IMG/VR virus record: IMGVR_UViG_3300020045_008912 | Coordinates: 1-53,531 of that record | Source of the DNA: a virus | Lineage: Duplodnaviria; Caudoviricetes | Length of the DNA: 53,531 nucleotides | Strand: one strand, 5' to 3' | Translations under genes and position numbers: made by a program | In this document: piece by piece, positions 36,532 to 45,666 of the stretch | Layout of the letters: every line of letters begins with the position of its first letter | Position numbering within the stretch: the first letter of the stretch is position 1 | The notes under the pieces: model-generated | Told to the model about the DNA's origin: nothing | Databases searched by the model: none | The model's input: only the letters and a program-made list of their open reading frames with translations

Positions 36532-37761
36532 TTATTCCTCCTTTTTTTCAATACATTTATCCCATAATTTGCATGAATCACATTCTTTGTGGTCGTCGGT
36601 ATCTACACCGAATTTGTGACCACTTGGACATTTTTCTTTTCCACCTGTTTTATTGGGAGTTTCTTTTACAGGTTCTTTTTTTGTTTCTTTTTTACTGCTT
36701 GCTTTTTTAGGGATTTCAATTCCCATTTCCTCTGCAATCGTATTGCGCAAATCCTCCTCTGAAAAATCATCCGAATCAATATCCAAATTATTCTTTTCTA
36801 CGACCTCTCCCAATTCAGTTTCATCCATGTCGGATAAATCTGCCCAGGTTAATTTTACTTTGGTTTTTCGAGTAGGTTTAGAGGCTTCCTCTTCTTCCTC
36901 TTCAGTCTCCTCCTCTTCCTCTTTTTTATGGGATTTCTTTGAAACCGGTTTTGTATGCGATTTAGAGCGTGGTTTTTCCTCTTCCTCTTCCTCTTCAGTC
37001 TCTTCCTCCTCCTCACTTTCGTGCTCCATTTCTAAGAATTTTGCCTCCAATGCTGAGTAGCTTAATTCTGTTAAAACTTCATCCAGGCAAGGAACTTCCT
37101 CTAAAAATTCAGTGTCGTACTCATAATCCCTTTTTAGAAACTCAATTTTTCCAGCTTCGGCATATTTGTTGCCTGCAAAAGATTCCTCTCTCCAACGTAC
37201 TTGCAAGGTAAATCCACCTTCTAATTCTGCAAATCCCTCATATTCCTCATTTTCGCTTACCTCTTCATTTAAAAGGTCTTGGAATAAGAATTGCGACATG
37301 TCAAAAATGTGTAATTCCTCAGCTTTTCCTTTAATACCTTTCGGGATAACAGCGTATAAATTACGGTTACTGGTATTGTACGCTTTTAGCTCGTCCTTGT
37401 CGGCACCTTCTTTAGCTCTCTTTTTGCGATACTCACAAATAGGACATTTTTTGCCGAATGATGTTAAACAAACTACAGTATCATTTTCCGCGCCTACTCC
37501 TCTATGTGTTTTGAATGGGCGACAATACCAAATTCCTCCTTTTAATGCAATTTCGTATTCCTCATCCTTTCTAGGATGATTATCTACGTTTATGATATAA
37601 GGAACAATGTCAAATTTTTCCCTATTACCTGGTGTAGGAGTGTACACACTGACACCCTTCGGTAGTTTTAGATACCCATAACTAGAACCGGCGTTTTTTT
37701 GCTTGCCAGCGTCTCTTCCAACTTTTCCTCTGAATGCTGAGGTTTTTTGCTTTTTTGCCAT
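36532..37761 (-). CDS. gp32-like single-stranded DNA-binding protein with long acidic tail and C-terminal Cys4 motif
   Basis: H.GVG....VVCL...GKKCPICEY zinc site; next to recA; poly-Glu tracts; terminal CPSGH...C.SC.LW..C. Confidence 0.75.
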   Translation of the reverse strand: MAKKQKTSAFRGKVGRDAGKQKNAGSSYGYLKLPKGVSVYTPTPGNREKFDIVPYIINVDNHPRKDEEYEIALKGGIWYCRPFKTHRGVGAENDTVVCLTSFGKKCPICEYRKKRAKEGADKDELKAYNTSNRNLYAVIPKGIKGKAEELHIFDMSQFLFQDLLNEEVSENEEYEGFAELEGGFTLQVRWREESFAGNKYAEAGKIEFLKRDYEYDTEFLEEVPCLDEVLTELSYSALEAKFLEMEHESEEEEETEEEEEEEKPRSKSHTKPVSKKSHKKEEEEETEEEEEEASKPTRKTKVKLTWADLSDMDETELGEVVEKNNLDIDSDDFSEEDLRNTIAEEMGIEIPKKASSKKETKKEPVKETPNKTGGKEKCPSGHKFGVDTDDHKECDSCKLWDKCIEKKEE

Positions 37762-37806
37762 CTTTTGCTTTTTAAGTTATTCACTATTATAAAAAAGTTC
37801 CTGAAT

Positions 37807-38010
37807 TTATTTAAATGGAACCTGCTCTAATTTTTTTAGAGTGTTTGTAAGTCTTTCATAGGCGAATTGACTTAATTTTTTAATCAATTCATCCTTATTT
37901 TGTTTTTCAAATTTACCTAATAAGGTCTTTTCACTGTCAGAGGCATTAATGTTTGCACAAATTAGCCTTAATTGCGCTTTGCTACACTTATTTAAAAATT
38001 TCTGTTTCAT
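37807..38010 (-). CDS. Small basic helical protein (SAP/Rho-N-like)
   Basis: LNKCSKAQLRLIC...NKDELIKKL pattern. Confidence 0.5.
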   Translation of the reverse strand: MKQKFLNKCSKAQLRLICANINASDSEKTLLGKFEKQNKDELIKKLSQFAYERLTNTLKKLEQVPFK

Positions 38011-38507
38011 TACTTTGTCCTCCTCATTAATTTTTTACCTACACTGATATCTGATTTTTTTTGCAATTCTTGTTTTTGTGCTTCAAAAGATAAATCCCTT
38101 GGCATTTTTGGCCCTGCAAAATAATTTTGCCCATGCAGAATAACAAGGTTTTCCAAAGCTGACTTTCTACTGAAGCTAATTTCCGATTTGGCAGCGGAAG
38201 CAATATTAAGATTATACTGTGCCTCAATCCATTCCTCTTTTGCTCTCTTATGGTCCTTGTGATTTCTGTAGCATGCTTCCACATTTGGGCCCGTTGGTTT
38301 TACTCCATCTCCCAAATAAAGTTCAGGATTGTCATTGATTTTTTTAATCAATTCAGCTCTAATGACCTTAATATTTTCCTCTGTTTGTTGCAATTCCTTG
38401 AAACATTCAGCATAATATTTACCATACTTAACAGCTAGTAATGGCTGATTTAACCACTCCACATCCAGTGCCGTTTCATCAATTTTTATGTCCTTTTCGT
38501 AATCCAT
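38010..38507 (-). CDS. UvsY-like recombination mediator (putative)
   Basis: DIKIDETALDVEWLNQP followed by long helices; lies near the SSB and recA genes. Confidence 0.55.
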   Translation of the reverse strand: MDYEKDIKIDETALDVEWLNQPLLAVKYGKYYAECFKELQQTEENIKVIRAELIKKINDNPELYLGDGVKPTGPNVEACYRNHKDHKRAKEEWIEAQYNLNIASAAKSEISFSRKSALENLVILHGQNYFAGPKMPRDLSFEAQKQELQKKSDISVGKKLMRRTK

Positions 38508-38512
38508 TTTAT

Positions 38513-38719
38513 TTATTTTTTAGGTTTCCAAATTTCCCAACCTGTATCAAACATGGGATCTACTCTCCATCTCCAAAATTCAGATTCTGAACAATTTACA
38601 CCGTCCTCCAGTAAAATAGAATCATGTCCTTTTAATGTTACCCATTCCTCGGGTGTAAAATATACATGAGTAACTTTTTTACCTTTTCGCATAGCCTCTT
38701 TGGCTTCCTGTTTTGTCAT
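38513..38719 (-). CDS. Small protein resembling the DUF2829/Tad2-like family
   Basis: MT..EA.EAM..GKKV.H..F N-terminus and GWEIW C-terminus; family call by eye only. Confidence 0.4.
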   Translation of the reverse strand: MTKQEAKEAMRKGKKVTHVYFTPEEWVTLKGHDSILLEDGVNCSESEFWRWRVDPMFDTGWEIWKPKK

Positions 38720-39003
38720 TTGTTTAATTTTTTAATAGCCGATTCAAACTGAATTATTTTAGGTTCTAAATTAGTCATGTGGATTTTATGAGTTTCTAAA
38801 TTAAGCAATCCTTTATTATAACTTTCAATAGATTTATCCTTAGCTCTTTGCAGGATATTTAATTCAGTTTGCAGCATTTCAATTGGCGCACTTAAATCCT
38901 CTTTTTTATGAGAGTGTAAATAAACATAAATCCGGATACTCATTGCCAATACAATTAGCAGAATAAACAAAAGGCTCAAAACGTCTCTTAAAACTAAATT
39001 CAT
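38716..39003 (-). CDS. Membrane-anchored hypothetical protein
   Basis: N-terminal hydrophobic helix followed by a coiled coil. Confidence 0.6.
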   Translation of the reverse strand: MNLVLRDVLSLLFILLIVLAMSIRIYVYLHSHKKEDLSAPIEMLQTELNILQRAKDKSIESYNKGLLNLETHKIHMTNLEPKIIQFESAIKKLNK

Positions 39004-39005
39004 GA

Positions 39006-39920
39006 CTAACTATTTTTAACAACGGTGTAACATGCAAGTACTAATTGCGGAAACCCTGTATGGTAAAATGGTTCAATAAATTCCTCCATTATTAAACCTG
39101 CTTTCATGTTGTCCGCTTTCAAAAGTACTGATTGGGTATATCCTAAAACATGGCGTCTAATTCCTTCCGCGTCCTGTCCCTTCAAACCTTCTAAAATAGT
39201 ACTGATTTGTTTCCAATTACTGTTATTTAATAATTGCCTACAAAGTTCAATACTTTCGGAGGTTATTCGGGCGGTTTGTTTAGCAACTTCCAGACGTTTA
39301 GAACCTTCAGTGTTTAAGACCTGTTCCAAAATCTGCAAAGCATTTCTAGGCTGCCCATTTGAATCATTAATTATTTGAGTGTAAACCTCTTCCTCTAAAA
39401 CGTCCTTTTCCCCTCTGACAATACCCCTTAGTAGTCTTTTCATTTCACTATCGGTAAGGGGTTTCACTTGAAATTGTTGACACCGACCCCTGATTGCTTT
39501 TATAAGTTTTTCAGGTTCTGTGGTACAAAGAATAAAAATGACATGCGAAGGTGTGTCCTCAAGCGGTTTTAAAAAAGCGTTTTGGGCGTCGTTTGTCATT
39601 TTGTGGCATTCGTCTATCAAATATATCCTGTAGTCACTTTCGATGGGCATATAATTGCAATTTTTGCTTATTTCCCTAACTGTGTCAATCCCTCGCATTT
39701 CCGAGGAATTTATTTCTTGGTAGTCATTATCCGACACATTCAGCGCATTTTTTATAATGCGCCCAAAAGTAGTTTTCCCGCATCCACTTTCTCCATGAAA
39801 TAAGTAAACACGCGGCATTTTTTCTCTATCATTCAATAAGCCTTGTAAAGTACTTACAATCTCAGTATTACCTTTAATTCCTTCTAAGGAATCAGGTCTG
39901 TATGTATGGTATAAACTCAT
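39006..39920 (-). CDS. Clamp loader AAA+ subunit (DnaX gamma/tau-like)
   Basis: LYHTYRP, GESGCGKTT, IDECHKMT.DAQNAFLKPLE, FILCTTEPEKL..AIRGRC. Confidence 0.92.
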   Translation of the reverse strand: MSLYHTYRPDSLEGIKGNTEIVSTLQGLLNDREKMPRVYLFHGESGCGKTTFGRIIKNALNVSDNDYQEINSSEMRGIDTVREISKNCNYMPIESDYRIYLIDECHKMTNDAQNAFLKPLEDTPSHVIFILCTTEPEKLIKAIRGRCQQFQVKPLTDSEMKRLLRGIVRGEKDVLEEEVYTQIINDSNGQPRNALQILEQVLNTEGSKRLEVAKQTARITSESIELCRQLLNNSNWKQISTILEGLKGQDAEGIRRHVLGYTQSVLLKADNMKAGLIMEEFIEPFYHTGFPQLVLACYTVVKNS

Positions 39921-40000
39921 AGATTAATATTTTTTAATAATTGTAAAATTAATATAAAAAAATAATAAAACAATACTTTTTAAATTTATTTTTAAAAAAG

Positions 40001-42634
40001 TTAAAAAGGTAAATCATCCGCCGAAAGTGTGTATTCATTTTTATCCGCCCAACTGCTATTAATAGGGCATAGTTCTGCCTCAATCGCCAATGGGACATTA
40101 ATCCAACTGAACGCTTTTGGGAGTTCAATTGTTGCTAGGCGTTGAATTTGTAAATACACGGATTCTAACTCAGGAGGGTAAACGTCTAAAACCAGTGCAT
40201 CATGAATTTGCCCAACTAACTTTGTTTTATACCCTTTTTCCTCTAACCAATCAGTTAATGCAGTAAACGTCCAAAGCAAGCAATGAAAAGCGGCGCCTTG
40301 TACGGGGTAATTACTCACATCATTAAAAGACATAACGCCTTTACAAACAAACCCCGTTTTTAAACTGATATAACCGTTTTTTAAATATGCCTCGTAATGA
40401 CTTTTTTTCCATTTGTTGTAAACAGGAAACCTATTTTCCCAAAAATCCTTTTCAATCCTTTTTACATGCTCACAAAATTGGTCGTAACTCTTTATTCCCG
40501 ATTTAATTAAATGACTTCCTAAAGTTGTCCCATCCTTCATTTTCATGCCCATATCTTTAGTCCACGTACTTTGTGGAAGCTCTACCCAACTGCCGCAAAT
40601 ACTGTCAGCATTATTTTTATAATAATCACCATAAAATTGAGGAAAGACAAATCCATTTTTAGCCGCCGCTCTGAGTGTTTTATGGTCGCTTTTATGTTTA
40701 TCGAAATCCTTAATAATAAAGATTTGTTTAGCCATATCTCCGTGCATATCAGAAAGAGGATCCGTAATGTATTTTATCATTGTTGGGTCCTTGTGATACG
40801 CTGCGGCAATAGCGACCTCAATCCCACTAAAGTCCATTTCCAATAACTGATTTCCAGGACGTGGGTATATTGCTCTCCGAACTGTATCCATAGCCACCTT
40901 ATCCCTTTTAGGAATGTTTTGAAAGTTAGGGTTACTGGAAGAACTTCGGTAGGTCCTAGCTAAGTGTAAATTGAAAAATGGATGTAGATACTCTTTTACC
41001 TGTTCCCTTATGAAAGCTTCCAAATATGTATCTCTTACTTTTTTCAACTTTGAACGCTCAACAATCCAATCCAATTCTGGAATTTTTAACATTTTTAATG
41101 CCTCGTCATCCGTGCTGCCTTTTCCAGTATCAGTAAGTTTGGGAGGCGTTAATTTTCGTATGTTATACAAATAATTTCCTAACATCGGGCCGCTATTCAA
41201 ATTTACCTTTGTTTTTGCAGAATGCTGCCAACGTTTGTAGAAATTAGAGGCAAAAATATTAGTTTCTAATTCTGTTATTTGAGCTGTTAATTCCATTTTT
41301 TTACGTTCGGCGTATTCAGTATCAATTCTTAGGCCCTGTCTTTCTGCTTTTGCAAGCGCAATAATTCCATTATGAAGCAAATTATAGGCGGCTGGAAAAT
41401 TACTATTTATGGGAGAAATTACACTTTCTCCCTGTGTCCCTAACATGCTTTTTTTAGTAAGCATAGCCAACCTATATTCAAAAATAGAATCTAAGGCACA
41501 ATACTTTAAAACAAGTTCCTTACCGTTCGGTTTCTCCAGTAATTCCTCAATTCTATTGATAGAATTTCCATTTCCATCATCTACAGCCTTTAAGTAAGGA
41601 GCGACCTCACCAGCATAATCGACCACACCAAATTGAACATATGTTTGGAATTTTAAGCCTGTAATATCTGACCTATTATCCACTATATGTGTTGCCAACA
41701 TCGTATCATACACCCAATTATTTACAGGGATTTTAAGACGCTCTTTAGTCCATGTATCCTCAAATTTCATGTTTTGAGCTATTTTCCCAATCATTTTATT
41801 TTGCAGTAAGTCAGTAAAGGGCTTCCGCATCTGCTTTGTATCTGGCATTATAAAGCTATATACGGTATCCTCATTAATAGCTACAGAGGCGCACTTAATC
41901 TTATGGCCTGCTGCATGAGGTTTTAGCCCAGTAGTCTCATAGTCAAAGGCAATAATACCCGTTTTAATAGTATTTAAAACTGACAAATCATCCTCTAAAT
42001 AAGTGATTTTAGGCTCTTTGTATTTTGGAAATGTAAATTTTGAAACTGCAACCGCTTTTTTCAAATCCTCTTTGAATAATAATTTTTCAATTTTGTATGG
42101 AGCTTCCCAAGCAGTTTCCAAACTAAATGTTGGACAAATGTATGCGAGTAAGTCCTGATCTGGAATTTGAAACCCTTGCCATTTTTCAATATTGCCCAAA
42201 CTATTTTTCCACCTTTTCCCTAAAATACTGTAAAGAGCTTCCTCACCAAATACTACAATAACTTTAGGCTTGTATTCCTCTATCACTTTTAAAAGGTATT
42301 TCCTACAGCAATCCAATTGGTACGGAGTAGGTGCTTGTTTAGGTGCGCATTTTATGGCATATGTATTTAAACAATCCTCCCATAAATCAATTCCAAGCGT
42401 GTGATAGGTTTCCTCTAGTAATCTCCCATACTTACTTTGAAAGGGTTTTCCGCGTCTATCTTCCGTATCCGATGGCATACTACCAATATTCAAAATTCCA
42501 CGCTTAAAACCGCCGGAAACGGCTAATTTTGGCGAATTACAGTCCTTATATAACCCACAACTTACACATGAGTATGTTTTTCCATCTGGGCGGGTTGTGC
42601 TTTCCGTCTCTTTTTTAGAAAAGAATCCTTCCAT
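40001..42634 (-). CDS. polA: Family A DNA polymerase with N-terminal uracil-DNA-glycosylase-like domain and 3'-5' exonuclease
   Basis: UDG-4-like CVSCGL...ED..GKPF; exonuclease FDYETTGL, QNMKFE, YCALD; polymerase SSSNPNFQNIP, DFSGIE, RAAAKNGFVFPQFYG, NYPVQG, QIHDAL. Start taken at MEGFF (42634). Confidence 0.95.
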   Translation of the reverse strand: MEGFFSKKETESTTRPDGKTYSCVSCGLYKDCNSPKLAVSGGFKRGILNIGSMPSDTEDRRGKPFQSKYGRLLEETYHTLGIDLWEDCLNTYAIKCAPKQAPTPYQLDCCRKYLLKVIEEYKPKVIVVFGEEALYSILGKRWKNSLGNIEKWQGFQIPDQDLLAYICPTFSLETAWEAPYKIEKLLFKEDLKKAVAVSKFTFPKYKEPKITYLEDDLSVLNTIKTGIIAFDYETTGLKPHAAGHKIKCASVAINEDTVYSFIMPDTKQMRKPFTDLLQNKMIGKIAQNMKFEDTWTKERLKIPVNNWVYDTMLATHIVDNRSDITGLKFQTYVQFGVVDYAGEVAPYLKAVDDGNGNSINRIEELLEKPNGKELVLKYCALDSIFEYRLAMLTKKSMLGTQGESVISPINSNFPAAYNLLHNGIIALAKAERQGLRIDTEYAERKKMELTAQITELETNIFASNFYKRWQHSAKTKVNLNSGPMLGNYLYNIRKLTPPKLTDTGKGSTDDEALKMLKIPELDWIVERSKLKKVRDTYLEAFIREQVKEYLHPFFNLHLARTYRSSSSNPNFQNIPKRDKVAMDTVRRAIYPRPGNQLLEMDFSGIEVAIAAAYHKDPTMIKYITDPLSDMHGDMAKQIFIIKDFDKHKSDHKTLRAAAKNGFVFPQFYGDYYKNNADSICGSWVELPQSTWTKDMGMKMKDGTTLGSHLIKSGIKSYDQFCEHVKRIEKDFWENRFPVYNKWKKSHYEAYLKNGYISLKTGFVCKGVMSFNDVSNYPVQGAAFHCLLWTFTALTDWLEEKGYKTKLVGQIHDALVLDVYPPELESVYLQIQRLATIELPKAFSWINVPLAIEAELCPINSSWADKNEYTLSADDLPF

Positions 42635-42636
42635 AC

Positions 42637-43641
42637 TTATGATTTTAACATGGTTATATAAATCCAACCATCGCCTTCAAACATCAAACGTTTATTAGAA
42701 ATTTTACAGGTGTTTTTTTCTGAAATAATATCCTTTAAAAGGTAGGGTGTGATTTTAAATTCCAAAGATTCTCCTTTGTATTCTGTTTTTGCTTTCTCAG
42801 TAAACCAACCACTCGCCGAAGTGCTTTGCACTTGTAATTTTCCACTTTCTAAAGTTATTGTCACCGTTTCATCTAAAATACTGTCTCTCTTTGAGAAAAT
42901 TCCGGCACGGTCCAAAATAGTGCTAAGTTCTTTAGGAAATATTAAATCCTCTCCCTCAATTGCTGCAATGGATTTTAAATTCACATATTTTTCCTCAAAT
43001 ATGCGGCAGCTCAATACTGCCTTATCTTTGTTTTTAAAATGTACCCATCCTTTTCCTTCCGCAATCTCAGTAGGTTGAAATTTCAGTACATTCCCACAAC
43101 TATTTGCTGGCAAAAGAAATTCAGAGATTGGAATGGGTTTTTCGAGCGTGTATATAGCCAATCTATAGTTATCCGCCGCCTCTATTGTTTCTTTGTTAAT
43201 GTGAACACATGTAAGAATAGGCCTAGACATATCCCGGGAAGTTGCTCCCATTGTAAATGAAATAGCCTTTAAAAATTGCATTGGTAAAGCTTTCCATTTT
43301 GTTATTTCTCCAATTTCACTAATTGGTAATTTTATTTCTGATTGTAAAATCAAACCCGCTTTAGATTTTCCAGCCCTGCAAATCAATTCATTTTCCACAA
43401 CCTCCAAATCTAATTCCTCTACCTGTACTTTGTTTACAAATGAGTAAAACTCGTTGGCATTTACAGCTCCCTCCAATTCTAATTCAGAGATAGGCATAGA
43501 AATACTTATTTCATCATTATAGGTGATTACTCTACCATTTAAAAAACAAAAGGAAGTGGATTGTTCAATCATTTCCTTATTAGATAACCCGGGCTTTACT
43601 GTTTCTAAAGCTTTCTGCAAAATCTCTTTGTTAATTTTCAT
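42637..43641 (-). CDS. dnaN: DNA sliding clamp (Pol III beta-like)
   Basis: 334 aa; TSRDMSRPILTCVHI and AADNYRLA match the beta-clamp RPxLxGV and ATDGxRL motifs. Confidence 0.85.
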   Translation of the reverse strand: MKINKEILQKALETVKPGLSNKEMIEQSTSFCFLNGRVITYNDEISISMPISELELEGAVNANEFYSFVNKVQVEELDLEVVENELICRAGKSKAGLILQSEIKLPISEIGEITKWKALPMQFLKAISFTMGATSRDMSRPILTCVHINKETIEAADNYRLAIYTLEKPIPISEFLLPANSCGNVLKFQPTEIAEGKGWVHFKNKDKAVLSCRIFEEKYVNLKSIAAIEGEDLIFPKELSTILDRAGIFSKRDSILDETVTITLESGKLQVQSTSASGWFTEKAKTEYKGESLEFKITPYLLKDIISEKNTCKISNKRLMFEGDGWIYITMLKS

Positions 43642-43643
43642 AA

Positions 43644-44597
43644 TTATAAATTTAAAGTTGTACGAGGTAAAAAATCTTTGTTTTGTTTTTGTTCATTTAT
43701 GTGTTTTTCAAGTCCTAAAAAAAAGCGAATATTAAACATTGCACGAGCTCCAAACGTTTGCAAGGATTCAATGCTGTATCCGTCTTTTTTTAGTATGTTT
43801 TCAATCTTTTTTGGGATTACATTCCCTTTTGTATTTGCAATGTAGATAACTTCCATTTTAGTATAATCCGAACTGGAAAAGCCTCCTAATGGGTAATAAA
43901 TAGAACCTGTAGCCGCCGAGAGCCTCCAGCTTGCGGCATCGCATGAGGTCCAAGGGAAGTCCCTCAATAATGAAGTGGAAGCAACTGCAAACCCGTGGGT
44001 TTTCACATCAATACTATTTTTTTCCAAATAGGTAAATACAGAATGAATCCATTGTTTTTTAGAGGCTGGCGGCATATCATTTGCGGGAGAAATTCCAATA
44101 TAGTCAGTGTATTGTATCATTCTTTCCAACCATTTCCATTCCTCTCCTTGATGAAATACATGTATGGGTTTAATGTTTGCCGCCACCATCTTTTTTAGAT
44201 TCGTAAAGCCTTCTTTGGCAGCTTTATTAATTAAATCCTTATTGGCTGTATTTGTAAATTTCTGTAGGTTCTTTGTTTCACCAGCTTTCCCTGGAATAAC
44301 GTCCAAATTAACAATGTGAATATCCTTATTACTTACTTTCCCCTCCTCAATTGCTTTCAAACTGTATTCAATATAAGAGGTAATGTCAATCACTGAGCCT
44401 TTATTCCAAGCCGAAAAGGCTCCACTATCTACAATAATGGAGCCTTTTTCTTTATTTGAAATAGCCATCCAATCTTTGAAAAGTTTTGGGTAAGCGAAAG
44501 AAACTAACCTATTTGAAACGTCACATGTAATTTTGTTCCTATTAGTGTCCTCAATCGCACTCCAATCCCCTGCAAAGTATAATTTAATGGCTTTCAT
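43644..44597 (-). CDS. dpdA: DpdA, DNA 7-deazaguanine transglycosylase (TGT-like)
   Basis: IVDSGAFSAW, NLDVIPG, PIHVFHQGE, YIGIS, KTHGFA, FPWTSCDAASW; last gene of the que cluster. Confidence 0.85.
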   Translation of the reverse strand: MKAIKLYFAGDWSAIEDTNRNKITCDVSNRLVSFAYPKLFKDWMAISNKEKGSIIVDSGAFSAWNKGSVIDITSYIEYSLKAIEEGKVSNKDIHIVNLDVIPGKAGETKNLQKFTNTANKDLINKAAKEGFTNLKKMVAANIKPIHVFHQGEEWKWLERMIQYTDYIGISPANDMPPASKKQWIHSVFTYLEKNSIDVKTHGFAVASTSLLRDFPWTSCDAASWRLSAATGSIYYPLGGFSSSDYTKMEVIYIANTKGNVIPKKIENILKKDGYSIESLQTFGARAMFNIRFFLGLEKHINEQKQNKDFLPRTTLNL

Positions 44598-45013
44598 TAC
44601 CTTTCAGGATAAGAGGCTATTACATTTATCAATGTACCACCTCTTGCATTAAAATTGGCGGTAACTCTCATCCAATGTGGATCACATACTTTTACGCAAT
44701 CCTCCAAAATTTGATTGGTAATAGTTTCCATAAATGCACCTTCATTTCTGAATGCCAAATAATAAATCTTAAGGCTTTTAGTTTCAATACATTTATCTTT
44801 TGGGCAGTACTCTAAAGAGATTGTGGCAAAATCAGGTTGGTGTGTTTTTGGGCATAAGCTTGTAAACTCATTGAACACAAATTCCGTACGGTATTTCCTA
44901 TGTGGAAATTGATTGTCGAATACTTCCAGTAAATGACTTCCCGGATTATTATATTGGTACACTGTTTTTTTGGAACCTAAATTTATGAGGTTCTTTACGT
45001 TGTCTTTTTTCAT
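44597..45013 (-). CDS. queF: preQ0 reductase (QueF, type I)
   Basis: EFTSLCPKTHQPDFA with catalytic Cys/Asp, QueF motif ETKSLKIYY, terminal RGG. Confidence 0.9.
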   Translation of the reverse strand: MKKDNVKNLINLGSKKTVYQYNNPGSHLLEVFDNQFPHRKYRTEFVFNEFTSLCPKTHQPDFATISLEYCPKDKCIETKSLKIYYLAFRNEGAFMETITNQILEDCVKVCDPHWMRVTANFNARGGTLINVIASYPER

Positions 45014-45663
45014 ATTTCAATAGATTTAATAGGATAATTTTTTAAAACAAAAGGAGTAACCTCCTCAACCCATTTGATAATGTCTGAGCACTTATTTTGT
45101 AATTTAAAATGATTACACCAATTTTCTAACATTTTTAGCTTTCTGATAACTTCGGAAATGCTTTCCAGGTCTGGCGCTGTCATTGTACACAAAGCACCTC
45201 TTTCTCCATCTATTCTTAGCATATTCCATCCTCTTCCATATAGCTTTTGGGTAATTAAGTTAGGATGCGTAGTACTTGCAAAAGAAAGGGTCCTAATTAG
45301 CTCAAAATCACAACTAAAAGGGTGCTTTTTATGAATACCACACCTACCGTCTTTTTTTAAATGTTTGCATTGGTGTCCAGTATTTTCTTTTTGTAAATCA
45401 GAATATAAAAGAACACGTCTCCCATTGAAAATTATTTTTCTGGGAGGCATCTCATAAGGGAGTATGGAAGTAGGGAGATAATCTAAACTAAATTTTAGAC
45501 AGCATGCCCCGCACTTTTCCGGGCACTCAAATCCTCTAAATAATAAAGGACTCACCATAAGTGGTTTAGGCATATACATTTTCCCTTTATAAGTAAATGC
45601 CTGCTTTGTAACTACTGAAAAATAGCTATCTACTATTTTATCAAAACTATCTCCCTTTGCCAT
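45010..45663 (-). CDS. Cys-cluster (CxxCxxCC / YkgJ / DUF3109-like) metalloprotein; candidate preQ1-modifying enzyme
   Basis: CPEKCGACC...CKHL...GRCGIH..HPFSC; embedded between folE and queF with a 4-nt overlap to queF. Confidence 0.65.
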   Translation of the reverse strand: MAKGDSFDKIVDSYFSVVTKQAFTYKGKMYMPKPLMVSPLLFRGFECPEKCGACCLKFSLDYLPTSILPYEMPPRKIIFNGRRVLLYSDLQKENTGHQCKHLKKDGRCGIHKKHPFSCDFELIRTLSFASTTHPNLITQKLYGRGWNMLRIDGERGALCTMTAPDLESISEVIRKLKMLENWCNHFKLQNKCSDIIKWVEEVTPFVLKNYPIKSIEI

Positions 45664-45666
45664 ATT

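Noticed and set aside
36890-37020. GAA/GAG-rich tandem repeats as a DNA-level element
   Set aside because: Explained by poly-Glu coding tracts in the SSB tail.
44597-45013. QueF-like amidinotransferase making archaeosine (dG+)
   Set aside because: The protein keeps the QueF NADPH-binding motif (ETKSLKIYY), and no Gat-QueC or ArcS gene is evident.
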